From Candidatus Methylomirabilota bacterium (GTDB lineage Bacteria; Methylomirabilota; Methylomirabilia; Methylomirabilales; JACRGL01), in assembly GCA_016212365.1 (NCBI GenBank), contig JACRGL010000111.1:1-46871 (forward strand): 46,871 nucleotides of DNA, read 5' to 3'. Under the pieces are notes generated by a model. It searched no databases. It saw nothing but the letters and a program-made list of their open reading frames with translations, and was not told the DNA's origin. Position 1 is the stretch's first letter. Every line of letters begins with the position of its first letter. The position numbers were made by a program, and so were the translations under genes. Of this stretch, positions 1-6,985 are shown piece by piece.

Positions 1-1
1 A

Positions 2-721
2 AAGGGCTTTGATGAGATAAGGAAGGCCTTTGCCAAACTCTCAGAGGCGCGGAGGAGAGGCTATGGGCCGGGTCACTTCTCCTTCAATGTGGCGGGTGGA
101 AGGTGCGAGACCTGCGAGGGAGCCGGCTATCAAAGACTGGAGATGTACTTTTTCGAGGACCTCTATGTCACCTGCGAGGATTGCCAGGGAAAGCGCTATA
201 AGAGGGAGATCCTGGAGATCACATACCAGGGCAAGAACATCGGCGATGTCCTCTCCATGACGGTAGAGGAGGCCCTCAGGTTCTTCCCTCCCATTCCTGG
301 CCTCCAGGCCCGCCTGAAGGTCCTCTCAGATGTCGGCCTGGGCTACCTCCGTTTGGGGCAGCCCGCCACCACCCTCTCAGGTGGAGAGGCCCAGAGGCTC
401 AAGATTGCGGCGGAGCTAGGGGCCAGACTGTCCAGGGACTATTTATACATCTTAGACGAGCCCACCACCGGCCTCCATTTTGAGGATATAAAGAGGCTCC
501 TCGCCGTCCTCGATAGACTCGTGGAAGCGGGGAACACGGTGGTGGTAGTGGAACACAACCTGGACGTGATCAAGATGGCCGACCATATCATTGATCTGGG
601 ACCAGAGGGAGGGGATAGGGGCGGGGAGATTATAGCCCAGGGCCCGCCGGAGGAGATCATCGAGGTGGAGAGGTCATATACGGGGAGGTTCCTCAAAAAC
701 TACATCTCTCCCTCTCCGTAG
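2..721 (+). CDS. uvrA: Excinuclease ABC subunit UvrA, C-terminal part (5' end lies outside the window)
   Basis: Frame 2 is open from the window edge; the ORF track starts at an internal Met at 89. The translation reads ...[22 protein letters not shown]...CEDCQGKRY (C-terminal zinc module), [12 protein letters not shown] (ABC signature) and [11 protein letters not shown] (Walker B), typical of the second ATPase domain of UvrA. Stop TAG at 719-721. Confidence 0.95.
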   Translation, partial: KGFDEIRKAFAKLSEARRRGYGPGHFSFNVAGGRCETCEGAGYQRLEMYFFEDLYVTCEDCQGKRYKREILEITYQGKNIGDVLSMTVEEALRFFPPIPGLQARLKVLSDVGLGYLRLGQPATTLSGGEAQRLKIAAELGARLSRDYLYILDEPTTGLHFEDIKRLLAVLDRLVEAGNTVVVVEHNLDVIKMADHIIDLGPEGGDRGGEIIAQGPPEEIIEVERSYTGRFLKNYISPSP

Positions 722-760
722 GCACGTTTCTCAACCGTAGCACCCTAGACACAAACAAGG

Positions 761-878
761 TGTAGGGGCGGGTGGTCCGGGCGTTCACTGTCTCGCGCCC
801 ATGCTAAACTCGTTCGCGCTTATTCGCGCAAACAGGCACCCGTGTCTGCCCGGGCCGACACGGAGGCTGGCCCTTACA
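761..878. repeat. REP-like long palindromic element, family A (TGTAGGGGCG ... GCCCTTACA)
   Basis: Begins TGTAGGGGCGGGTGGTCCGGGCG and ends GCCCGGGCCGACACGGAGGCTGGCCCTTACA, so the ends are imperfect inverted repeats. The same TGTAGGGGC/GCCCCTACA ends recur at 25981-26036 and 34383-34456. It lies in the uvrA-dnaA spacer. Confidence 0.6.
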
Positions 879-960
879 TTAAAACTCTGAGCTCCCGGGT
901 TTGCGATCAGATTAGCTCCCACCTTTCCTTATGTAAAGGGAATTGCAAATCACGAATCCC

Positions 961-1063
961 AAAATTTTTCACAACTTCCACCTCCTTAAAAATTTTTTTT
1001 GACCTAAAGTTTTGTCATCAAAAGAGGAAACCCTGGCGCTACTTATTGTGAAAAAAATTTTTT
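961..1063. promoter_or_regulatory. AT-rich tracts, candidate DNA-unwinding element of an oriC-like region
   Basis: Three A(4-7)T(5-8) tracts: AAAATTTTT at 961-969, AAAAATTTTTTTT at 988-1000 and AAAAAAATTTTTT at 1051-1063. They sit in an otherwise GC-rich genome, about 100-200 bp upstream of the DnaA-box cluster. Confidence 0.4.
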
Positions 1064-1074
1064 GAAAAAGGGGC

Positions 1075-1104
1075 TTGACAATATCATCGGGGTATGTCAA
1101 ATAT
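1075..1104 (+). promoter_or_regulatory. Candidate sigma70-type promoter upstream of dnaA
   Basis: TTGACA at 1075-1080, then an 18-nt spacer and AAATAT at 1099-1104. The DnaA boxes lie downstream of it, an arrangement consistent with autoregulation. Confidence 0.35.
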
Positions 1105-1152
1105 TCCCCGTTTACGTCCATAAATGAGCCATACGTCTGATTTTGCGGCCAT

Positions 1153-1358
1153 TTATCCACATGCCCTCCTCTATGATGAACACTCTATTTCCTGGAATAG
1201 GGTTGGCCAGTCCGTATCAAATAAGGCCCTTCAGCTTATCCACAGTTGTGGATAAGTCTGTGCATAAGTATAGCCTTTGTTTTCAAAGAATTATAATCCT
1301 GATCCAAAATTGAGCCTTCTTTCATGCGAACTTATCCTGAAAGAGGGATTGTGGATAG
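1153..1358. promoter_or_regulatory. DnaA-box cluster (oriC-like or dnaA autoregulatory region)
   Basis: Perfect TTATCCACA at 1153-1161 and 1236-1244, and perfect reverse box TGTGGATAA at 1247-1255. The latter two form the 20-bp palindrome TTATCCACAGTTGTGGATAA. One-mismatch boxes are TGTGCATAA at 1259-1267 and TGTGGATAG at 1350-1358. All lie within 220 bp upstream of dnaA. Confidence 0.8.
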
Positions 1359-1373
1359 GAAAGGAGGTCTAAG

Positions 1374-2717
1374 ATGGAGGTTCCGGCGAGTTCCAAGGAG
1401 CTATGGGAGGAGGCCCTCTCGGTCTTGAGGGAGAAGGTGAACCGGCAGAGCTTCGAGACCTGGTTTCGCCCCATCAACTTGCATTCTGTGGACAATCATC
1501 GCGTGGAGATCCTTCTGCCCAACCGATTCTTCAAAGAATGGTTTGAGGAGCATTACCTGGACCTCCTCAAATCCACCTTGGAGGACCTCCTTTTCAGGAG
1601 AGTAGAAATAGCCCTCACTTACAATACCGGCACGCCCCAGGCCCTAATGCCTGAGGGGGAGGGGAAGACAGCAAGAAGGCTCAGCCGCAAAAGGCCGGAG
1701 CCCTACCTCAATCCCCGTTACACCTTCGACAATTTTGTGGTAGGCCCCTGTAACCAGTTTGCCCGGGCGGCCTGCCTGGCTGTAGCTGAGAAGCTCTCGA
1801 AGGCTTACAATCCCCTCTTTATTTATGGGGGCGTGGGCTTGGGAAAGACCCATCTGCTGCATGCCATTGGGAACTCCGCCTGTAATACGAACCCCAAAAT
1901 CAAGCTCTCATATATCTCTTCAGAGAAGTTTACCAATGACCTCATCAATTCTATCCGCTTCGACTCCACCGCTGAATTCCGGAACCGCTACCGGGGCCTG
2001 GATCTACTTCTCATCGACGACATCCAGTTCATTGCAGGAAAGGAGAGGACCCAGGAGGAGTTCTTCCATACCTTTAATGCCCTCTACGATGCCCACAAGC
2101 AGATCGTTATCTCAAGCGATAGCCCCCCGAAGGAAATCCCAACCCTGGAGGAGCGGCTCCGGTCTCGCTTTGAGTGGGGCCTCATCGCTGACATCCAATC
2201 CCCTGATCTGGAGACTAAAGCCGCTATTCTTAAGAAGAAGGCCCAAGCGGAAGGGGTGAGGATCCCAGATGAAGTGACCCTCTTCATAGCTAAGAAGGTC
2301 CAATCCAACATCAGGGAGCTGGAGGGTTCCCTGGTCCGCCTTATCGCCTTCTCCTCCTTGACGGGAAGGGAGATCACCCTGGAACTAACTCAAGAGGTCT
2401 TAAAAGAACTCGCCCAGGAGGAGGAGAAGATGATAACCATCCCCTTCATCCAACAAAAGGTAGCCGAGTTCTATAATATCGGGGTCGACGATCTAAACTC
2501 CAAAGGAAGAAACAAGACCTTAGTATTACCCCGCCAGGTGGCTATGTATCTTGCCAGGACCCTCACTCAGAGTTCCTTGCCCGCTATTGGAAAGAGCTTT
2601 GGGGGAAAGGACCATACCACCGTGCTCCATGCCTGCAATAAGATCAAGAAAAGGATGGCCGCGGATGAGGCCTTCGGGAAGCAAATCGAGGGCCTGACTA
2701 AGAAGATCACCTCGTAA
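1374..2717 (+). CDS. dnaA: Chromosomal replication initiator protein DnaA
   Basis: 447 aa, with RBS AAGGAGG 7 nt upstream. Motifs: Walker A GGVGLGKTHLL, Walker B LLLIDDIQF, sensor SNIRELEG, and domain IV ...LPRQVAMYLARTLTQSSLPAIGKSFGGKDHTTVLHA. Confidence 0.98.
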   Translation: MEVPASSKELWEEALSVLREKVNRQSFETWFRPINLHSVDNHRVEILLPNRFFKEWFEEHYLDLLKSTLEDLLFRRVEIALTYNTGTPQALMPEGEGKTARRLSRKRPEPYLNPRYTFDNFVVGPCNQFARAACLAVAEKLSKAYNPLFIYGGVGLGKTHLLHAIGNSACNTNPKIKLSYISSEKFTNDLINSIRFDSTAEFRNRYRGLDLLLIDDIQFIAGKERTQEEFFHTFNALYDAHKQIVISSDSPPKEIPTLEERLRSRFEWGLIADIQSPDLETKAAILKKKAQAEGVRIPDEVTLFIAKKVQSNIRELEGSLVRLIAFSSLTGREITLELTQEVLKELAQEEEKMITIPFIQQKVAEFYNIGVDDLNSKGRNKTLVLPRQVAMYLARTLTQSSLPAIGKSFGGKDHTTVLHACNKIKKRMAADEAFGKQIEGLTKKITS

Positions 2718-2735
2718 TAGCCGGGCCTTTTCAGG

Positions 2736-2767
2736 CATTGGGGGTCACATTGGGGGTCAGACTTAAA
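2736..2767. repeat. Tandem CATTGGGGGTCA x2 plus the left inverted repeat flanking the RAYT-like gene
   Basis: CATTGGGGGTCA at 2736-2747 is repeated exactly at 2748-2759. ATTGGGGGTCAGACTTAAA (2749-2767) is the reverse complement of 3740-3757 apart from one C in the C-run. It overlaps the stop codon of the 2763-3698 gene. Confidence 0.7.
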
Positions 2768-3698
2768 TCTTGATACTTTGGAGCGCCCTTTCTGCTTTTC
2801 TGACCTTTTGCTCCCACTCCGGTGCCTCCTTGAGATAACGACTCACCAAGGCTGGATCTCGCTGGATGTAACCCGCTACATCCTTCCCCTTTATCCCATA
2901 GCGGTGCGCCAATAGGACAAAAAGCCTCCGCGCCTGGGCTATGGGGAGGGCCTGGCTTCTCCCCCGGAGATCCCTGGGCTCGATGCCTGTTACCCCTTGC
3001 ACGGCTCGGGCCAGATCCGGAAGACGGATACCACTTGGGAGCCTCCGGGATTCCACCGCCTTCTGGGTCTTCCTCTGGACCTTCTCTACAAAGGCCTCAT
3101 CCCCCAGCACCCTCTGATCCACGGCCCGGTAGTACTGCTCCTGCCGTCCTTCCCCCAAAGCCTCCAGGGTAAAGGCCTCGTATTTCCGCCGAGCCCGAGA
3201 TTTGTTCTCTGAGAAAGTCCATAGCACCAGCTCTGTCTCCACCGGATCATTGAGGTATAAGCCCAGGTACGCCCGGTGACTGCTCCAAGGGTAATCCTTC
3301 GGATCTTTGACGATTTTGGCTCGAACCGGGTTTAGATGGATGTATCGAACCAGCTCCAGAAGATAGGCGTCCCGGTGGCAGAGGATGGCCTTGTAGCGGC
3401 CTTGGAACAGATGGCCGATGGTCTGGTATCTTCGGTTATAGTAGCCGGTGTAGCTCTGCTGGAGGCCCTGGAGGATCTTGGACAGGGGAACCTCACCGGT
3501 CTCTAAGAGGAGGTGCACATGGTTTTCCATGAGGGTGTAGGCATAGAGGGTAAAGCTATAGCGGTTCCGATAGAGCGAAAGGAGGGTAAGGTATTTCCGG
3601 AAGTCGGCCTCCCTGTGGAAGATCTTCTGTTTCTGATTGCCCCGGGCGATGACATGATAGAAGGCGCCTGGGTATTCAAGACGCGGTTTTCGGGCCAT
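2763..3698 (-). CDS. HUH/Y1 tyrosine transposase-like protein (IS200/RAYT family) with a C-terminal DnaA-domain-IV-like HTH
   Basis: Start taken at MARKPRLEYPGAFYHV (ATG 3698); the track ORF extends to a TTG at 3737. HUH motif ENHVHLLLE and catalytic Tyr motif RYIHLNPVRA are present. The C-terminus IEPRDLRGRSQALPIAQARRLFVLLAHRYGIKGKDVAGYIQRDPALVSRYL follows the Bac_DnaA_C pattern. Confidence 0.85.
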   Translation of the reverse strand: MARKPRLEYPGAFYHVIARGNQKQKIFHREADFRKYLTLLSLYRNRYSFTLYAYTLMENHVHLLLETGEVPLSKILQGLQQSYTGYYNRRYQTIGHLFQGRYKAILCHRDAYLLELVRYIHLNPVRAKIVKDPKDYPWSSHRAYLGLYLNDPVETELVLWTFSENKSRARRKYEAFTLEALGEGRQEQYYRAVDQRVLGDEAFVEKVQRKTQKAVESRRLPSGIRLPDLARAVQGVTGIEPRDLRGRSQALPIAQARRLFVLLAHRYGIKGKDVAGYIQRDPALVSRYLKEAPEWEQKVRKAERALQSIKI

Positions 3699-3739
3699 GG
3701 TGAAACACAGAATAGCATCGGGAGGAAAAGGTGTCAAGT

Positions 3740-3848
3740 TTTAAGTCTGACCCCAATTTACTTGCATACATACCACGCCAGGCTATATGGCACCCCATTT
3801 GCATATATCAATTTTCGACTTGCCAGGGAAAACCCCGCTGGGGTCAGG
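3740..3848. repeat. Right-flank inverted copies of the GGGGTCA motif (REPIN-like pair)
   Basis: TTTAAGTCTGACCCCAAT at 3740-3757 is the inverted partner of 2749-2767. CTGACCCCA at 3748-3756 also pairs with TGGGGTCAG at 3840-3848, a 9-bp inverted repeat with an 83-nt spacer. Confidence 0.55.
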
Positions 3849-3894
3849 TAGTAAGAGGTGATTGGAAGGCCTTTTTAATACGGGAGGATAAAAG

Positions 3895-4458
3895 ATGAAG
3901 GAGTTATGGTTTCGCCGTCGAAATTTCTTGGTCAGGCCCTCTTTCCAGATCAAGTACGCCGTTTATATTGTCTCCTTTCTCTTCATCTACACATTCCTCC
4001 TGGGCTTCCTCATCTTTTACCCCCTCCAGCAGGCCCTGCAAGGGAGCTCTTCCCTAGAGGAACGGGTCTTGATCTCCCGTGAAGTCCTGATCCTTCATAA
4101 ACGGCTCTGGCCCTGGTTCTTCGCGGTCATCCTCCTGGTGGGTGTGCACAGCATCCTCACCACCCACCGCATTGCCGGGCCGCTATTTCGGGTGGAGACC
4201 ACCCTACGCCGGATAATCCAGGGGGATTTCTCTCAGAGGATAAAGCTCCGCCGGCACGACGAGTTTCTGGAATTCGAGGAATTGATAAATCAGCTGGCGG
4301 AGCGGCTGGAGGCATCCACCAGGGAAAGCCAAATAGCCCAGGCAGGGATCAAAGAGGAAATAAAAGAGTTCTGTGCCTTAGTTCTGAAGGACCCACTGGC
4401 AGGCCAGGAACTGAAATCCCGGGCCAGCATCCTGGCCTCTGCCCTTAACAGAATCTAA
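3895..4458 (+). CDS. Small membrane protein with two TM helices and a HAMP-like linker, no output domain
   Basis: 187 aa with RBS GGGAGG. Hydrophobic segments are YAVYIVSFLFIYTFLLGFLIFYP and WPWFFAVILLVGVHSIL. They are followed by THRIAGPLFRVETTLRRIIQGDFSQRIKLRRHDEFLEFEELINQLAERLE, a HAMP-type amphipathic pattern. Confidence 0.7.
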   Translation: MKELWFRRRNFLVRPSFQIKYAVYIVSFLFIYTFLLGFLIFYPLQQALQGSSSLEERVLISREVLILHKRLWPWFFAVILLVGVHSILTTHRIAGPLFRVETTLRRIIQGDFSQRIKLRRHDEFLEFEELINQLAERLEASTRESQIAQAGIKEEIKEFCALVLKDPLAGQELKSRASILASALNRI

Positions 4459-4466
4459 CCCTTTTT

Positions 4467-4491
4467 CCGCCGGATGAATCCGGCGGTTCGG
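4467..4491. repeat. Family B hairpin repeat CCGCCGGATGAATCCGGCGGTTCGG between convergent genes
   Basis: Perfect 9-bp stem CCGCCGGAT/ATCCGGCGG with a GA loop. The same 25-mer with one mismatch is at 6200-6224. A second imperfect hairpin, CCCCTGGTTAAAACCGGGGG, follows. Confidence 0.7.
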
Positions 4492-4571
4492 TCTACCTCA
4501 GGCGGACATGTGAAGCTCCCCTGGTTAAAACCGGGGGTATCTCAGATTTGAAGTAACTTTGCCCTCCCTTA

Positions 4572-6197
4572 CTAACTCCCACTCAAGATAGGATAAGCGA
4601 TGCTGGTTATGTGGGAGTTTATCCGCTTCAGGTTGGTAAGCACATCCAGGTGGATCTCACTGGTGTCAATGGACTCCCTGTAGCCATTGTGGAGTCTCTG
4701 GATGTGGTTCTGACGGAAGCGGCGCTCTGTCTGGCTTATCTCCGGCTTGGCCTGGAGGACCTTCTGGGCCAGTTGGGGGTCGTTGGAGGCAAAGGCTGAG
4801 ATGGCCAGCTCCAGGTTCTGGGCCACCTTGTTATGGAGCTCGAGAATCTCCCTCATCCCCGGCTCCGAGAAGTGGACCCCTTTATAGATCTTCTTCTTGG
4901 CCAGCTCCATCAGGTTCTTGTCTACTATGTCCCCCATGTTCTCCAGGTTGTTGACAAAGGAAAGGATAGAGAGCTCCCTCTGGGACTGCTCCTCGGTGAG
5001 GGACTGCTGGGAGAGCTTAGTGAGGTATCGCTTGATCTCCCGGTCCAGGGTATCCACCTGATCGTCCTTCTTGACGATGTATTCCAAAAGGTCCTGGTCG
5101 TCGGTCTCAAGGACATCGAGGGTCTTTTTGAACATCTCTGATACCAGATCCGCCATGCGGAGGGCCTCACGAGTGGCCTGGCCAAGGGCCAGGGCCGGGG
5201 TGTCCAGGACGCGATGGTCGAGATACCTGGACTTGAAGACCCCTTCTGCCTCCCGGTCCTCGGGCACTAAAGCGGTGACAAATCTCGCCAGGGGCCGGGA
5301 GAAGGGGAGGAAGAGGACGGTGATCCCCACGTTGAAGAAGGTATGGGCATTGGCGATCTGGCGGGGGATGTCGGAGCTGGTCAAGGAGACCAGGTGCGCG
5401 AAGGGACCAACGAAGGGGAGGAAGATAGCAACCCCCAACACCTTGAAGAGGATATGGGCAATGGCCACCCTCTTTGCCTCGGCAGTGGTTCCTATGCTGG
5501 AGGCCAGGGCGGTAGCGCAGGTCCCGATGTTTGCCCCAAAGATGATGGGAATGGCAGAGGAAAGGGGGATGAGGCCCTGGAGGGCCAGGGTAAGGGCGAG
5601 CCCGAGGGTGGCCGCTGAGCTATGGACCAAAGCTGTGAATACGGCAGCGACGATGATCCCTAGTAAGGGCTGCTCCCCTAAGGAAAGGATCATGGCCCTG
5701 AAGATCTCATTCCCCCGCAGGGGAACCATGGCATCGGACATCACCTTCATGGCAAAGAATATGAAGCCAAAGCCCAGGACGGCCTCGCCTATATATTTGA
5801 AGATCTTTCGCTTAGAGGCAAAGACCATGGAAAAGCCGATCCCGATGAGGAGAAGGGCGTAGTCAAAGACCCTGAAGGCGATGAGCTGGACGGTGAAGGT
5901 AGTCCCAATGTCCGCCCCAAGGATCACCCCTATGGTCTGGGTAAGGTCCATGAGGCCAGAGCTTACAAAGCCCACCAGCATTACCGTGGTGGCAGAGCTG
6001 GACTGAATAACGGCGGTGATGAAGGCCCCTGCTATTACGCCCAGGAGGCGATTGTAGGTGAGGGAGGAGAGGATCTGGCGCATCCTTCCGCCTGCGGCGA
6101 GTTGTAAGCCCTCACCCGCCAATCGCATCCCGTATAATAGGAGGGCCATTCCCCCGAAGAGGGCAAAGATCATGTAGTTGGTCATCGGTTTATGCAC
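4572..6197 (-). CDS. Na/Pi cotransporter family protein with a C-terminal PhoU-like domain
   Basis: 541 aa, with a GTG start at 6197 (alternative ATG at 6185, MTNYMIF). It has the duplicated polytopic membrane core (QSSSATTVMLVGF ... HSSAATLGLALTL) typical of NptA/YjbB-type transporters, plus a helical PhoU-like tail. Confidence 0.92.
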   Translation of the reverse strand: MHKPMTNYMIFALFGGMALLLYGMRLAGEGLQLAAGGRMRQILSSLTYNRLLGVIAGAFITAVIQSSSATTVMLVGFVSSGLMDLTQTIGVILGADIGTTFTVQLIAFRVFDYALLLIGIGFSMVFASKRKIFKYIGEAVLGFGFIFFAMKVMSDAMVPLRGNEIFRAMILSLGEQPLLGIIVAAVFTALVHSSAATLGLALTLALQGLIPLSSAIPIIFGANIGTCATALASSIGTTAEAKRVAIAHILFKVLGVAIFLPFVGPFAHLVSLTSSDIPRQIANAHTFFNVGITVLFLPFSRPLARFVTALVPEDREAEGVFKSRYLDHRVLDTPALALGQATREALRMADLVSEMFKKTLDVLETDDQDLLEYIVKKDDQVDTLDREIKRYLTKLSQQSLTEEQSQRELSILSFVNNLENMGDIVDKNLMELAKKKIYKGVHFSEPGMREILELHNKVAQNLELAISAFASNDPQLAQKVLQAKPEISQTERRFRQNHIQRLHNGYRESIDTSEIHLDVLTNLKRINSHITSIAYPILSGS

Positions 6198-6199
6198 CC

Positions 6200-6224
6200 C
6201 CGCCTGATGAATCCGGCGGTTCGG
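6200..6224. repeat. Family B hairpin repeat, second copy (CCGCCTGATGAATCCGGCGGTTCGG)
   Basis: Identical to 4467-4491 at 24 of 25 positions and in the same orientation. It lies 2 nt upstream of the annotated GTG start of the Na/Pi transporter gene on the opposite coding strand. Confidence 0.7.
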
Positions 6225-6332
6225 GCCAAGCGCGAAGTTTCATTTCGAGTAAAGACAAAACCCCCTTGCCTTCAGATAGAACAGAGAATTACGGGGGTAA
6301 TACAATACCAGGTTCCAGGTGTCAAGGAAAAA

Positions 6333-6512
6333 TTATAGGAGATATTTTTGGGAAATAAAAACGGCCCCTAGCAAGACGAAGCCCAGGACATCGGTTAGAA
6401 AACCGGGCTTGATCAACAGGAAGGCCGCGCTGATGAGCAGAAGCCTTTCCAGCAAGCCAGCCCTCTTTATGAAATAGCCCATGGCCCCGGCGGCCAGGGA
6501 GATTACCCCCAA
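6333..6512 (-). pseudogene. FxsA-like C-terminal fragment or mini-ORF (below the ORF-track size cutoff)
   Basis: Hand translation: (TTG 6512) GVISLAAGAMGYFIKRAGLLERLLLISAAFLLIKPGFLTDVLGFVLLGAVFISQKYLL, stop TAA at 6333-6335. The PGFLTD(V/A)LG motif is the hallmark of FxsA, but the N-terminal helices of FxsA are missing and an in-frame stop lies at 6549-6551. Confidence 0.35.
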
Positions 6513-6587
6513 TGATGCGGTGATGGACGTTTCTATTTTGGATATCCCCTATTGTCCTTGACGTTAGGAGGTATAAGGCGGCTGCTA

Positions 6588-6818
6588 CTACCGTAGACCA
6601 AAAGACGGCAAGGGATGGATTATAGCCCCTGGGTGGAGGGGGACGGTGGAGACCTCCACCGTCAATTTAGGGATATTTACCCCGGGGTACTTGGCCAGAA
6701 CCTTTTTAATATCCTCATCGCTGAGCCCAAGGATGCGGATGGGGGTGATTGATCGCGGATGGGATTGCCCTAGTAGCCCTAATATTATCGACACTACCCC
6801 CCTTAATACTCCTTTCAT
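6588..6818 (-). CDS. Hypothetical protein (76 aa), no recognisable family
   Basis: Open frame only. It sits in an AT-richer spacer between the FxsA-like fragment and the CoA-transferase gene, and no motif was recognised. Confidence 0.25.
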   Translation of the reverse strand: MKGVLRGVVSIILGLLGQSHPRSITPIRILGLSDEDIKKVLAKYPGVNIPKLTVEVSTVPLHPGAIIHPLPSFGLR

Positions 6819-6985
6819 TTACAGCACCTCCTTTAGGGAAATTATTTGATAGCGTTGAAAAAGGGTTATCCAGCCTCTATTTCATTAAATTCATATCACA
6901 AAAATATAACTGTGTCTCTCATTTTTGGATATTTCATAGGGACTGTGGTATAAGAAATCAAATTTCAACTCGAAGGGGGCCAAAG

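Noticed and set aside
842-1160. ORFs 842-1051 (+) and 969-1160 (-) in the uvrA-dnaA spacer.
   Set aside because: They are made of the family A palindrome (RADTEAGPY-type pseudo-peptide), the AT tracts and a DnaA box. There is no RBS or motif. The region is better explained as oriC-like or regulatory DNA.
5071-5862. Long antisense ORFs in the track. Examples are 5071-5862 (+) inside the Na/Pi transporter, 12190-12843 and 12503-12988 (+) inside comM, 29637-30377 (+) inside the kinase, 35047-35541 (+) inside rnj, and 37273-37917 (+) inside lon.
   Set aside because: Each lies fully inside a gene on the opposite strand that has unambiguous family motifs. Their translations are Arg/Pro/Ser/Gly-rich and low in complexity, as expected for shadow frames in GC-rich DNA.
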